Below, piece by piece: positions 1-15,978 of a stretch of 64,000 bases of DNA; position 1 is the first letter of the stretch, and each line of letters begins with the position of its first letter. The position numbers and the translations under genes were made by a program. The notes below the pieces were generated by a model. It was not told the DNA's origin. It saw only the letters and a program-made list of their open reading frames with translations, and searched no databases. Source of the stretch: Ministeria vibrans ATCC 50519 (taxonomy: Eukaryota; Protista; Filasterea); NCBI GenBank assembly GCA_943704425.1, contig CALSCP010000012.1, positions 1-64,000 of the forward strand, written 5' to 3'.

Positions 1-109
1 TGACTGAGACGCTCTTGAGCGGCACTTGGCGGTACACTGGTGTTTCAACATACACAACCTGTGATACAGGGAGGTAGCGCAGTCCGTAGACGCGTGGAGT
101 AGTTCGCAT
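1..109 (-). CDS. 5' end of a probable VIT-domain (VWA5A-like) protein, running off the window edge
   Basis: ATG at 109, open to base 1: MRTTPRVYGLRYLPVSQVVYVETPVYRQVPLKSVSV. GL...VPLKSVSV resembles the VIT-domain start of VWA5A-type proteins. Only 36 codons are visible. Confidence 0.45.
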   Translation of the reverse strand, partial: MRTTPRVYGLRYLPVSQVVYVETPVYRQVPLKSVSV

Positions 110-964
110 GTCGGACGTTTGGGAGTTGAAAGAGAGGAAAATGAATGATTTGTATTGTTTGTTTACATCGGCGCTCTTTCTTCCGTATCTATCGAAAACT
201 GTTGTGAGACCATTCGGTTGGGACTAGCGCTGCCTGACTCTTGGTGGTATGCTGTCTTGTTTGCTGCGCTTGTCGAATAGCATCATGATCGTGTCATGTG
301 ATGGCGGGAGATTTTCAAAGAAAGTGCCACGCACAAATACAGTGAAATGATGATCCATCTAAAAGTGTTTTTCATTGTATAATCGAAGGTTTTGTATAGT
401 TTTGAGTGTAGTAAGTGGCTTGTACGCTGTGCTGGGCGGTGGACTTGCTTGAGGGAGTCATTCAGTTCTTAGTCATGGCACTTGAGTCAAAGTGACATCA
501 ATCCCAAGGGGCCAACATGAGACTCTCATTCTATTTGTAAAACAGCACTGCGTTTCACTCTATATCAACAGTGCTGACTAAAAGAACAGAGCACCCGTCC
601 CTCCTTAACCCATAAGCCGCTCTCGGTTTGTGGGTGAGAGGGCGAAGAGAGGGCTATTTTTTTCAATGGGAACATTGTAAGAAGAAAACAATTAATAACA
701 CAAACATCACTCCTTCTCTATGTGGAAACCAAATATTTAACCAATTCCACTGTGGAGGGGTGTCACAAAGTGCTGTAACCCATACTCGTACTTCCTCGCA
801 CACACACATACGCATAGTCTCTCTTTCTCTCTTTCTCTCTCTCTCTCTCTCTTAGTTGTTGTCGTTGTTGCTCACATTTTTATTCTTCTTTACATGGTTC
901 TGGTACCACTCTTGAGCGCCCTTTACCGCCTTATTCTTCGGTTTCTTTGCCCGCTTTTGCAGAC

Positions 965-1610
965 TCTTCGGGTACAACTTTTTTTGGAAAACCTAGGGAT
1001 GAAAGCTTCATTGTTCTTCGGGTACAACTGCTTGACTCCCGTCACCCAGTACCCCGTGGTCAGCCGCACTGCCGATTGAGCACTGATTGCCCTCACCAGT
1101 TCGTCTCTGCCCATTTCGTCCATGCGCCAACTTTCAATTTCCCCTACCACCCGCTTCAAGGCCTCTTCAGCACAGAATTCTTACTCACCACCGAGTCCCT
1201 TGCAGCTACTTAGATTGTCTTGCACAATGAAGCTTTTTTTTGGAAGTCCCTCGAGGGCAAAAGCTTTATTGTACAAAACAATCTAACCATCCGAAGCGGC
1301 TACTTCACCCTCTAACCCTCGGGTATTCAAAGAGGAAAGGAGAAAGAAAGAAATTCCTTCTTCCCTTTTTCTTCTCCCTTTTTCATGCGAGATGCTTAGT
1401 TTAAAATCATGAGGCGTTTTCAGCTGCTAAGCGGGTTACTTGCTTGGGTGAATGGCTTTGCATGTCTCTCGGAATGTCCGCTTCGGCCCATGCAGGGGTG
1501 AAGCAGCCGCTTCGGATGGCTAGATTGTCTTGTACAATGAAGTTTTTGCCCTAGGGGACTTCCAAAAAAAAAAAAAAAAATCAGGTCGCTTTCATTGGTA
1601 CAAGCCAACA
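965..1610. repeat. Nested inverted-repeat (foldback) element or structured region
   Basis: 1234-1310 is an imperfect reverse complement of 1496-1570. Internal hairpin 1210-1237/1259-1286 matches at 25 of 28 positions. A related 35-bp copy (980-1014) is flanked by the 15-bp direct repeat TCTTCGGGTACAACT (965-979, 1015-1029). Confidence 0.8.
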
Positions 1611-1920
1611 TAATACCTACGGATCACGGTACTTTCTATTTGTTCTTTGGTATTGCTTGTAGGGTTCCTCTTTTGTGTGTTTGTGTTTGATGTGTGTGTT
1701 GAGGTTCGCGATGTATTCCGAGTGGGCCCCATAAGCTGCTTGAGTATGTGTTAAACGTCTGAATACAATCGTAAAGTTCATGTCTCGGTACTTCATATAT
1801 TTTAAATGAATAAAAGACTGCGCTGATAATGAATTCTCAAGTTTTACGAGTCTGACATTCGAAATGTATAATATGCCGTGTAGAAATTAAATTAGTTACA
1901 TATTTCGCCTGTTCCAACTT

Positions 1921-2210
1921 NNNNNNNNNNNNNNNNNNNNNNNNNNNNNNNNNNNNNNNNNNNNNNNNNNNNNNNNNNNNNNNNNNNNNNNNNNNNNNNN
2001 NNNNNNNNNNNNNNNNNNNNNNNNNNNNNNNNNNNNNNNNNNNNNNNNNNNNNNNNNNNNNNNNNNNNNNNNNNNNNNNNNNNNNNNNNNNNNNNNNNNN
2101 NNNNNNNNNNNNNNNNNNNNNNNNNNNNNNNNNNNNNNNNNNNNNNNNNNNNNNNNNNNNNNNNNNNNNNNNNNNNNNNNNNNNNNNNNNNNNNNNNNNN
2201 NNNNNNNNNN
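1921..2210. other. Assembly gap (N run)
   Basis: 290 N; truncates the 3' end of the dehydrogenase gene. Confidence 1.
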
Positions 2211-3833
2211 CCCATATACCCCATTGAGCGACACCTCGACTGGCACCTGGCGACCACCACCAAGATCCAGAGAAAAGGAGCCGGTGCGCAACCATTCACG
2301 TGACAGCCCACCCTCGCCACCGGCGTCTGCATCGACACGGAGCACTGCGAGTGCAACGTGTCGGTCGACACGGTGGCCATAGGCGGCGCTGGTCACGTAA
2401 CCAACAACATGACCGTTGCGCAAGACGGCCTCTTCGCCCCACAGAGCCAGCGACGGGTCATCGTTTGCGGTGAAGTCCAGGGATAGACTCACAACTCGCT
2501 GATGCAGCACCTTGGACTCCCTTTGGCGCAAGAGCGCCGTGCGGCCGAGAAAATCGCCCGAAAAGTCACAAGTGAATGCGAGTCCGGCTTCGAGTGGAGT
2601 TACGTCAGGTGTCAGCTCGGCTCCCCACGCACGGTAGCCCTTCTCAATGCGCATCGAATCAATGGCATAGTACCCAACGTCACACAGCAGAGTGGTCTCA
2701 TAAGACTGGTCCACTGCGGCTGCCTCAATCAAAGCGGCGTACGCCGCGTGTGCCATATCGCTTGGGATGTACAGCTCAACGCCACACTCACCAACAAACG
2801 AGACACGCACCACACGGGCTTGAACAATACCAATGTCGATGGTGCGGTGGCGCAGGTAGGCTAAGGAACGACGGGTGTGGGCGTAGGGGGAGACGCGACG
2901 GAGCAGCGCAGGTGTGCCAGGGCCCTGCACCGAGAGCACAGCGAGGGCACTAGTGATATCGACAATGGCAGGGGCAGGGACTTTGAGATGGACAGCAGCA
3001 CGGTCAATGGCGTGCGAGAGCCAGTCAAGATCCCGTGTGGCCTGTGCCGTCGGAGACACAATGAGAAACTCCCGCTTGCCAACACAGTGGACTGTCGCGT
3101 CGCTCTCGTAGCCACCGCGCTCATTGAGCAGCCCAGTGTACACCGACTCACCCGGCCGCAATGCACCCACTCGATTGCAGCAAATCCAATCCAACACACT
3201 TGCCGCATTCTACAGGAATAATAAGACACAGTGACACGCAGTCACAGAAAAACAACCCACTCACCTGGCCGACGACAGTAAACTTGGCAAAGGAGGTGAG
3301 GTCAGAGACAGCGACGGCAGACGCGGCGGCGAGACACTCACGACGCACATTGTCGTGCCAGGCGGGCCGTCCAAACGTATTGCCCACCGAGGGCACACTT
3401 TCTACCCGTGACCCACCCTCATCAGACGATGGCGCCAGGGAGAAAAAGTTTGCGCGCTCCCAACCAAACTTTTGGCCAAAGATAGCACCTCTGTTGCGCA
3501 GGGAATGGTAGAGCGGGGAGAGGCGCTGATGGCGGGCGGTGGCAAGCTCAGCACGCGGGTAGCTGATGGCGTAGTGGAGGCCAAGGGTCTCGGTGACACG
3601 GTCGGCGAGCAGTGCGCGGTTGGACTGCACTGGTGCAAAGCGGCGCACATCCACTGCAGACAGATCAAACGAATTCTCACTTGCACAGTCACTGGGAGTG
3701 ATGAGCGCCGCGACTGCGCGTCCCACTCCTGGCGCACTCGCAATGCCGCTTGAGTTCATTCCCGCCGCAATCACATAGTTGTCCACCTCCGGAACCATTC
3801 CCACAACGTACCGATTGTCACTGGTGAACGACT

Positions 3834-3887
<54 letters not shown>

Positions 3888-4784
3888 TGTGTGTGTGTGT
3901 GTGTGTACAGTGTATGTCAGAATGTCACGTATTGGGCGAGAGACATGTCAAGTCGCGGACCTCGGGACCATTGACCATGTTGCGAACGGGAGTTGTTTGC
4001 ATCAGGGGGAAGCGGCGAAGGGCGTCTTCTAAGATTGGAGCAAAGTGGTCATAGTCATCGGGAAGGAGCTGGAAGACAAAGGGGGCGGGAGGGCCGCGAT
4101 GGAAGCAGGGCTTGGCCTGCCGCTCGAAACCGCCGACAAGGAGGCCGTTGCTACTCTCGCGCGCGTAGAGAAAGCTGTCAGGGTCGCGCACGACGGGCGC
4201 GGAGGACGGCACTGCGCTGGGCTGCGTGACGACGTAAAAGTGTTCGCATGCGTGCAGGGGCACTCCGATCGGCACGTCGCACCGCTGGCCCACTTCATGA
4301 GCCCACAGTCCCGCCGCATTTACAAACACATCACACTGCTCCACCACCACAGGCTCATTTAACCGAGTCTCAGCTGTGTGCTGCACATGAACAGCCGCCA
4401 CCTTTCCATCTCGCGTCGTCTCCACGCGCACCACCTCGGCACCCTCTCGGAACTCGGCTCCGCTGCGCTTGGCCTCACGCATTAGCGCATAGCACACGTC
4501 CGACGGGTTCACCACGCCGTCGTCGGGCAGCCACATGGCACCCAGAAGGTCTTCTGTGCTCACAAATGAACACATAGCGCCAACCTATGCAGAGCAAAAC
4601 ACAAACAGAGAAACGGGTTGTTTGCGCTGTTGTGGCTGCCTCTCCTTTGTGTCTGTCGTACTTGCTCTGCACTGATCATGTTGGCCCGGATGCCAAACGA
4701 GTGCGCCTTGGAACAATTGCGTTCAAGCAGTCTCATTCGATCGGGTGTTTGGGCAACGGTAACACTCCCGACACGTTTGAATCC

Positions 4785-4872
<88 letters not shown>

Positions 4873-5706
4873 GGAGGGAGAAAGATTAATATATTGAGAG
4901 AAACAATGATAATTAATAGAGGTTAGAGAGCTGTACTCAAAGTGAAAACAAGACATTAAAACAACAATAGGAGGTATATGAATTATGAAAACAACAACAA
5001 CAACAACAACAACAGTAATAATAATAATAACAACAACAACAACAAGAACAATAATCACAATAAATGTAATAACAATAATAATAATAATAATTATTATTAT
5101 AATTATTTGGTACTGTTGTGAACTCCCCCTGATCCAACTCGTCGTACAGCGCCGCTGCGTACTGGCTCAGCTTTGTCTCGGCAAAGGTTCCTCGCATCTG
5201 ACCAACGAGGCCTGCGGCGTGCCATGTTGTCCCACCAGAAACCTTAAGGGGAAGCGGAAAGATCAAAGTGGAATCAAAGTTCGATCGAACACAATGCGAT
5301 TGGTGAACGTCCGATCCAGTCGCCTGCAGCGTACAATTCATCCCACACGAGCCTCAAACAACAACAATAATGCCCTGACAGTGGCTCATGGCCCGCACCG
5401 CGCAAGAGTAGGAAGTCATCCGGAGCGTAAACATTGGGTAAACAAAAGACGTTGTACCTTGCCCTTCTCCAGCACCAGCACATTGCGGCAGCCCCTTCTC
5501 ACAAGATGATACGCAATCGACGAGCCAATGACCCCGCCGCCGGCAATGACAATCTTTCGATCGATTTGGGAGTGCGCAGAGGGAAATGCGTTGGATGCGA
5601 ATGCTGCTTGTCCAGCGCCAACGAGACCACCCCGGCCCGCCGCAACCGACGCAGACACCATACACAAAGGGCCACATATCGCTCTCAGGCGATGGCACAC
5701 CAACAT
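2211..5706 (-). CDS. Mitochondrial sarcosine/dimethylglycine dehydrogenase-like flavoprotein (DAO + GcvT domains), about 6 exons, 3' end in gap
   Basis: IVIAGGGVIGSSIAYHL FAD motif; GTTWHAAGL with the covalent-FAD His; NGPE|SFTSD; GMNSSGI; GYYAIDSMRIEKGYRAWG; GYVTSAAYG. Transit-peptide-like N-terminus. GT-AG introns link the ORF pieces. Confidence 0.9.
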
Positions 5707-6076
5707 ACCAAAACAGAATGTTAGTTATAATTATTTTGGTTACTTGTATCTTCTTATTCGTCCCTTGATCTAGCGCTTTACTCGTTGAGCTCACTCACTC
5801 CACCATAGACTATAGATCATACTAAATACTTTATGCTTCACAGACGATTGTCGATTAGACCTCAACTCCGCAAATCAGCTCAACTCATTGAATGCACCAA
5901 AGTCTCGCGACATCTGAGTCCCTGAGCACCATCTACCAACAACCAAGCCAAGCACAAAGTTGTCAAAGTATTTAGCCAACACGCAACAAAGCAAACACCA
6001 AACAGCCATGCATCACTCACTCACTTGATGATTCATTGATCATTTTGAATAGCGATCAATCTTTTTCCCTTTCAAC

Positions 6077-9073
<2,997 letters not shown>

Positions 9074-9189
9074 CGAGCGAAGATTCGAATATCGAATACA
9101 CTATTCTTCATGTAGTCAAAAAAAAACTAAAACTGTTGCAGTCACAAAAACTTAAATTATAATACTTTTCGTCGTTGTCAAAATACACA

Positions 9190-11641
9190 ATGTCAGTGAT
9201 GGCTGAGGACATCGGGACGCCTCTTGGGCTCAAGCTCGTCAAGCAGCTCGGGTGGGCTGGCAAGGAGACTGCCTTTAAGAATGTGCCGACAAGTGACTGC
9301 AACCCATCCCATCTCACGCCGCCTCTCCTCGTAGTGGGCGCTTGTCTTCACCTTCATCATCTACATGATGTTCCACATGAATCGAAAGTCAGTCGTCCCC
9401 TGCGATTGCTCCCCATGCGTCTCCTCACACTTCTTTCCATTCGCTCTCTCTCTCTCTCTCTCTGCGAACCAGAGTCATCTCCGTCGTCCAGACCGTCCTG
9501 GGCGGCCCTGCCAACGCCACGCTGCCGGCCGACGGCGGCTGGGCGCCCTTCAACGGCCCCAACGGCGCATCGCTGCTGGGCGGGCTCGACTCCGCCTTCC
9601 TCTTCTCCTACGCCACCTGCCAGTTCGTCTCGGGCCAGGTACGCACCCCGCCCGACCAGCACCCGCCTCTACTGCTGCTGCTGCTGACGCCAACACCCTC
9701 TGTAGGTTGCAGATCGCGTCAATCTGCGCTACTTCCTTTCCGCCGGGACCTTTGCCAGTGCGCTCTTCGGTGCGCTCTTTGGCCTGGGCTACTTCCTCAA
9801 CATCCACGCCTTTGGCTACTACGCCGCCATGCAGGTGTTTGCCGGCATTGCACAGTCTACCGGCTGGCCCAGTGTCGTTGCTGTGGTGGGCAACTATCTC
9901 GGCAAGGGCAACCGTGGTCTGGTCATGGGCATTTGGAGTATCGACATATCATCATAATAATTATGTTATTAATTTTTATGGTGATTTTTTGCTGACGTTC
10001 TGTTTCTTTCCCCAGACTCAATGACGTCAGTGGGCAACATTACGGGAGGACTTTTAGCGAGTGCGGGTCTGAGCATCTCGTGGGGTTGGTCGTTCCTGAT
10101 TCCGGCGATCCTCATGGCCTTCGTCGGGGTGCTCGTCTTCTACTTCATGGCGCCCCATCCGCACAATGTGGGTCTGTCATCCCCTTACGACTCCACCCTT
10201 GACATCTCGACGGTGCTCAAGGGCCCAGTGGGCAACGACGACCCCGCCACGACCAACAGCAGCGACAACAACTCCATCTCACACGACGAAAGCGAAGCGC
10301 TCATCGAACACGAATTGGACCCAAACGCAGACCCAAACACAATGCGCAACACCTCCAACTACGCACACCACAAGGGCGTCTCGTTCCTGCAAGTCCTTCG
10401 CATCCGCGGGCTCATTGAGTTTGCACTCTGCCTCTTCTTCAGCAAACTCGTCAGCTACGCCTTCCTCTATTGGCTGCCCACTTACTTAGCACGGGTGCGC
10501 ATTGGCGGGTCTTTCCTCTCTCCCTCTCAGTCCGGCAATGTTGCCACTTTCTTTGACGTTGGCGGCATTTTTGGCTCCATTGCTGCCGGAATGATTTCAG
10601 ATCGCACAAAACAGGTGAAATGTTGTAATGTTTTTAATCTCGCACACACTCTCACAATTGTCGCAAGTGTGACTGTTGTTCCACACTCATTAAATGTGAC
10701 TCTTCCGATAAAGAAGTCACTCACGCTCAAAAAGGACCTCGCAGTCACTACAAGCTTAACCACCGATTGTCTTTTAGGGACGTGCGATTGTGGCTGCGTC
10801 GTTTCTTCTTACTGCCATTCCCATTCTCGTGATGTACCGTCTTTTGGGTGACTCCTCACTCCCTCTCAACATCGGTCTTATGATTCTCTCAGGCGCAATT
10901 GTCAACGGTACGACACACTTGCTCTTTTGTTGATATTCATCGGTTGTTCTCCATTCATTTTAGGTCCTTATGCGCTTATTACTACCGCAGTTTCAGTCGA
11001 TTTGGGCACCCACAAATGTCTTAAGGTATCACAGACACAACACTAACTTATTCACTGTCATACTGCAATTCTTACCCACTCTCATTTGTATATTCTTGCT
11101 CACACACGCCCTCTTACTGTCTCTCACTCACTTTCATTCGTACTCTTCTCACTCCCCTTTATTTGTACTCACTCACTTTCATTTGTCATATTTTTTCTCA
11201 CTCACTTTCATTTGTCATATTTTTTCTCACTCACTTTCATTCGTACGTTTCTTACTTACTCACTCTCATTCGTATATTTTTTACTCACTCACTCTCATTC
11301 GTACTCTTGTCACTCACTTTCATTTGTCATGTTTTGCACCCTTTTTTTCACTCACTCTTATTTGTACTCTACATTATCAGGGCGATGCACGAGCCCTGTC
11401 GACGGTCACAGCAGTGATTGACGGCACAGGGTCGTTTGGAGCAGCGTTTGGTCCTCTGCTCGTTGGAATGATTAGCTCGCACGGCACCGGAATGGCCCCG
11501 TGGGACCACGTCTTTATCATGCTGTGCTGCTCCAGCCTCATAGCCGCACTGCTCCTCACTCGCTTGGTTGTGCGCGAAGTCCGTCAAATGGCCCACGAGA
11601 GACGCAAGAAGAGATCCCGTCAGCTCACTGCCACTGCTTAG
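9190..11641 (+). CDS. SLC37A: SLC37-family sugar-phosphate/phosphate exchanger (MFS)
   Basis: GWAPFNG..LLGGLDSAFLFSYA; QSTGWPSVVAVVGN; MGIWNSMTSVGNI; EFALCLFFSKLVSYAFLYWLP; FDVGGIFG; NGPYALITTAVSVDLG; ALSTVTAVIDGTGSFGAAFGPLL. Confidence 0.93.
11095..11370. repeat. Intronic minisatellite (ACTCACTTTCATTTGTCATATTTTTT-like units)
   Basis: Several degenerate units in the last SLC37 intron. Confidence 0.85.
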
Positions 11642-11737
11642 AGACCTTTTCTCGCGAACAGCACACACACGCACACACACACTCCAAAGAAGAAAATTAA
11701 TGTATTACAATAAGAAAGAAAGAAAACAAAATGTACT

Positions 11738-14324
11738 CTAAATGTCGTCTCGGACTGCACTGAGAATGCGCTGGGCATAGAGATCCACAAGAGCGGTCAG
11801 ACGGGGCTGAGCACAGCCCGAGACACGGCCCAGTTGCTCGTGTGCGGCGACCATTGTGCTCAGCAGTCGCGTGCGCGCCTCCTTGTCACTGTCGTCGTTG
11901 CTGGCGTCGCTCGCGCTCGCGAGCAGCCCATTGAAAGCCAAGCATGCACTCTCTACCCCTTCAACGAGTTGCTCAATGGCACGGTCCACATCCACCGTTG
12001 ACTCTATGACAAAAATAGCGCACATTAAAACCTCCTCTCTCTCGCACACTCTGTACTTTTTGGTGTTTTTTCCCGAAAGCGCGATGTAATGCTTGTGCGC
12101 AGTGGAGCATTCCGCTTGAGCACGGGTGTTACCGCCTCGGCAAACTCACGACGAAACGGACTTGGCGGTGCAACCCCACCGGCACTGCCAGGCCGCGCAT
12201 AGGGTACACCAGTCGCTGAGACGGTTGCTGCTGCTGACGAGTGCGTGGTGGCCGTGCGGTCGTCGTCGTCGTCTTCCTCATCATCTTCGCCCTCTGTTCC
12301 CTCTTCCTTTGCTTTTTTTTGTAGCTTCGTCACTGGAAAGTCATTGGTGTTCTCCTCCGCCTCAAGCGACTCCACTTTCAGCTCATCGTCGCTCATGACA
12401 ATATTGCCCACTTCCTTTTCCTTTTCGCGCATCTTGCGCGCCATTCCAACAGCTTCACGCATCGCATTGTTGCCACTGGGATCGGCTGTCGCCTCCACTG
12501 TGTACTTAAAACGTTCTTGCACCGCAAGGACAGGACCCTCCGAGTCCTCCGAGAACAGCGCTACCGGCTTGACCTCATGACGGCCTCCTCCCGTGCCTCC
12601 CCAGCGTCCTCTCGGCCTCCGCAACGCGCGTCCACTCCCACTCCCACTTCCACCGCTCCTTCCCCGACCTTCATTTCCACTCATACTCTGCGCCCACGCC
12701 GGCAGTCCATCGGCACTGCTAAACCGCAAAGGATTCTTTTCCCCCGTCTCCATTTGCCTCGCTTCGTCTCCCCTCGCTTCTGTCTTTTTCTTCTTCTTTT
12801 GCGTCTCTGCCTCCAGTTCGTCCCGTCTCTCGCGCATTGCCTGGGTCACTTCCAAGGGTAGTCGCCAGACAAACACACAGCCATTGCCCGAGACTGTCAC
12901 CAGTCGTGTGAGGTCCATAGTGAACGCCAGACCCGTCACAAGCTCACCGTGTCCCTCGAGTTGTGCAACAATTTGGCCCGAGTACACATCAAAGACACGC
13001 ACTCGTCCGTCGGTGCCACTGGTCGCACAATGGATTCCCGTGGGGTCCAGGCGTGCCTTGAGCAAGTGCTGTGTCTCCGTCCCTTCTACCATCTTGGCCT
13101 TGTGCGTGCGTACGTTGCGTAGTGCGTCAACACTGAAAATGCGCAATGTCGCGTCGTCACAGACCACCGACGCAAAAATGCCAACACAATCAATGTCGAG
13201 ATCTCGACAAGGCGATCGTGCCGCTACACTCTTGACAAGTACCAGCGGATCGCGCACCGAGTTGCTGTGAAGCAACACTGCACACGAGTGCACCTGAATG
13301 GAACGGTCGACGGCACACGAGAACAGGCGCAGCATGGTGGCGGAAGCCACAAAGCGCACGGCTGTCACGCACGCACTGTGCTCTCCCAAGGTTTGCACCA
13401 GTGTGGCACTATGCACGTCAAACACGTGCACAAAGGTGTCGCGCGAGCCACTTGCAAGCCAGGCGCGTCGCTCACCATCGCACGAAAAGTCAAGTGCAAG
13501 CACTTCCGCGTCGTGTGCGTCTTCCTGCAACACCAAGTCCAGTCCAAGCGACTCCAGCGCCGCGTTCCCCTTTTCATTGTCCTTCTCTTCGTCGTCTGCG
13601 ATGGTGACTCGGAAACAACTCACCCGACCACGGCGATCGCCCACTGCAATGAATTCGCCGTCCGTCGAAGCGCGCACCACACTGAGCCCTTGCGCATCGG
13701 TGTCCATCTCTTCACAGTACAACTGGTGCCATGCACCGTCCACACCTACGTGCCACAGTCGCAAAGTGGAGTCGGCCGAGCAGGTCACAATGACAGTGGC
13801 ATCATCGGATCGTGCGGGTACGTTGAGCACGTCGACGGCCCACACGGCCAGTGCGTGGCTCTGTTGCTCCTCGACAAGCCGCGCGCGATCGCTTCCAAGC
13901 GTCCAGCGTCGACGGATGCGGTCACTGTGCACAACTAGGAGTGACGGTGTGCTTTCCCGTGGCTCGCTCAATACAACGGCCGAGAACGCGGCTAAAAACT
14001 GACCCGGTTGGCCCACAGAGTAGACGTAGTCAAGGGTGTTGGGGCGGAACAGGCGCACACAGCCCGAGTCGCAGGCACAGACGACCAGTGAAGACGAGGC
14101 GGTGACACGATGAACCTCAGACGTGTTCAGCGACACCCATTTGTCAATTTCACGCGAAGAGGTCACAAATCGACAAAGCACGCTGTTGGTCGACACCACA
14201 TAGTAGATGCCGCTCTCGATTGGATCCGATGCGATGCTGGTGAACGCCGCGTCGGCAAACAGTTTCTTGCGATGTGTTTTCAACATGCCCGACTCTCCTT
14301 TTAGCGAGAGCAGCGACGACGCCA

Positions 14325-14358
<34 letters not shown>

Positions 14359-14985
14359 TGACAATGCTGTCGGTGCTGCTGTCGGTGAGGCCTGCCAAAA
14401 GCGTACGTGGGGTTGAAGGGGAGCCGACTCGGTCGCTTTCATGCGTGCGCCGACCGTCACAAAGGCATCGCCTTTGGGACACGCCGACAGACTAGCAATG
14501 GTGGCCGTCTTGACGGTGGCGGGCAACGCCAGTGCTCTCTCGCCACGCTCGAGGGTCCAGGCCATGATGTGGGAGGCGCCTGTCTTGCTGATGCTGAGTG
14601 ACAGCAAGATGCGGTCGTTGAGACACTCCAGGCCCACAACGGCAGCCGTGTCGCCACTGTCGTCGTGAGCGCCACGGTGGAGCCACACCAGCTTGTTGTC
14701 GCGCCACACGCCCAGCGAGCCGTTCGTGGTGCCCGCTGCGACCCATTTGGCGCAGCGAGACGTCGCAACGGTCGAAACACTCGCGTCTGTTGCTAAAGTA
14801 TGGCGATACGAGCCCGCCACAACCACGCCGCCTGCCCCGTAGACATACTCGCCGCCCAGTGGTGCCACTCCAGCCGTTTCCGAGATGCCACCAATGGCTT
14901 CAAGCTTGTAAACGCGACGTATGTTGATTTGACACGTATTGAAAAGTGCAAACGGAATTTAAACGAGACGACTTACCGACGACAT
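11738..14985 (-). CDS. WD40-repeat protein, WDR62/MAPKBP1 family
   Basis: MSS|LEAIGGIS start (intron 14976-14905); DAHDAEVLALDFS..LASGSRDTFVHVFD; LVQTLGEHSACVTAVRF; GHGELVTGLAFTMDLTRLVTVSGNGCVFVWRLP; RTSITSRF motif. Intron 12056-12004 joins a helical C-terminal exon in frame. Confidence 0.88.
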
Positions 14986-15641
14986 AATGGCGCTGTGAAG
15001 ACCACACCAATCTATTAAACTGTCTGGTTGTCTGCGCAGTACAAACCACGAAAAGAGGTGTTTTTTTTTAAATAAAAGTTTTTACTCATTAATGATTTTT
15101 TTTTAATCTTTTGTGAAAACCGTCTGTAAATTGAATAAATCACGCAATGGCCAATGTTCGTTGCTTAATGCTTTACAGTTTGTTTGATGCTCAATTACCG
15201 CTTGATGATCATTGATCGGCTTCGTCTATTCACCGATCTCTTCGGCTGATTATTCAACTTTTGCACTTTTCTTTCTTTTCACTATTTTTCGCTCTTCGCC
15301 CTCAGCTCCAATTTCCACTAACCTTTCTCTCTTTCCCCCAGTGACACGTAAGATGCACTATTAATTGTGATTGCATACTCGGATCCACCGCGATTACGTT
15401 CTTTTTCGCGTTCGACTGGCAAAGTTTGCCACGATTTTTTCGCTCACATTTTCGTCATCTTTTTGAATTATCGCCCATCAAGCACTACTGTGCGCTATTC
15501 TGGCGTTGCATGTCACTTATATTTGCATGTGTTACACGATAGCATCAATAGACAGACAAAAACAAGCCGTTGATCTGCCAAACTCACAAAAAAACTTTTT
15601 TTTTTTTCGTGTTGCAGCGGCAAACAAAACATAAAAAAGTC

Positions 15642-15944
15642 ATGTCTTTCGCTCCCATGAACACCTACAGCAACGACAGCGTCACCAACGCCCCGATGTC
15701 ACGCAACGTCCTCGGAGACGTGAGCAACAAGGCCAGCAAGTCGCTTGCGCAACAGGCACACAAACGTCAGGCGTTTGGCGACATTGGCAATGTCCAAAAA
15801 CGTCAGGACACAGGAGCCAGCAAGCGCGGCACCCTCCGCTCAGCCGCCCCCGCCGCTGCCAAGGTATCCTCAGTGTCGACGCGCGCCACAACGGCAACTC
15901 GCTCCAAGACGACCGTGCGCTCGACAGCCGCCAATGCCGCAGCA

Positions 15945-15978
<34 letters not shown>

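Noticed and set aside
923-1213. Short ORFs in the 600-1900 intergenic region
   Set aside because: No recognisable domain or splice context, and no transposase or RT motifs; they overlap the repeat structure.
2211-5706. Assignment as PDPR (pyruvate dehydrogenase phosphatase regulatory subunit)
   Set aside because: The flavinylation motif GTTWHAAG is intact, favouring an active SARDH/DMGDH-like enzyme; exact orthology is left open.
11095-11370. Repeat arrays superficially like CRISPR (also 53965-54135 and 57620-57740)
   Set aside because: Degenerate low-complexity tandem units without unique spacers, inside eukaryotic introns, and no cas genes.
12004-12056. Apparent frameshift between the 947-aa and 103-aa ORFs of WDR62
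   Set aside because: Resolved by a 53-nt GT-AG intron that restores the frame.
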